Shown here piece after piece: positions 63,888 through 64,000 of a DNA stretch of 64,000 bases. Made by a program: the position numbers and the translations under genes. Position 1 is the stretch's first letter; every line of letters starts with the position of its first letter. The notes under the pieces are model-generated. The model was not told the DNA's origin. It saw only the letters and a list, made by a program, of their open reading frames with translations, and did no database searches. The stretch is from Vicugna vicugna (Eukaryota), in contig MU058337.1 of NCBI GenBank assembly GCA_013265495.1, positions 2,076,686-2,140,685 of the forward strand, given 5' to 3'.

Positions 63888-64000
63888 TTTTTTTTTAGTT
63901 TTTTTTTGGGGGGGGTGGCAAATGGTTTATTTATTTTTAGAGGAGGTATGGGGGATTGAACCCAGGACCTCATGCATGCTAAGCATGTGTGCTACCACTT
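63888..64000 (-). mobile_element. Camelid-type tRNA-derived SINE (cut by window end)
   Basis: gggattgaacccaggacctcatgcatgctaagcatgtgtgctaccact preceded by a T-rich tail. Confidence 0.9.

Overview
Mammalian genomic DNA, most likely camelid (inferred from three tRNA-derived SINEs with the head GGGTATAGCTCAGTGGTAGAGTGCATGCTTAGCATG and from the young L1 3' ends). No host protein-coding exon can be identified with confidence. The ORFs with recognisable protein similarity are all LINE-1 ORF2 C-terminal remnants; the other listed ORFs look like chance. The window is GC/CpG-richer in the first ~8 kb and AT-rich and repeat-dense after that (L1, L2, MIR, MLT1, MER5, MER53, microsatellites), with an isolated CpG-rich patch at ~39.8-40.6 kb. 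About 8.7-20 kb looks like + strand 3'-UTR or terminal-exon sequence of an unidentified gene (splice acceptors, poly(A) signals, Pumilio element). The standout feature is a very young retrotransposed copy of the 3'-terminal ~350 nt of 28S rRNA at 11020-11443. It ends at the mature 28S 3' terminus, carries a poly(A) tail and a target-site duplication, and sits at a perfect TTTT/AA L1-endonuclease site, antisense within the putative 3'UTR. Repeat family names come from recalled consensus motifs, not a database search, and most repeat boundaries are approximate.
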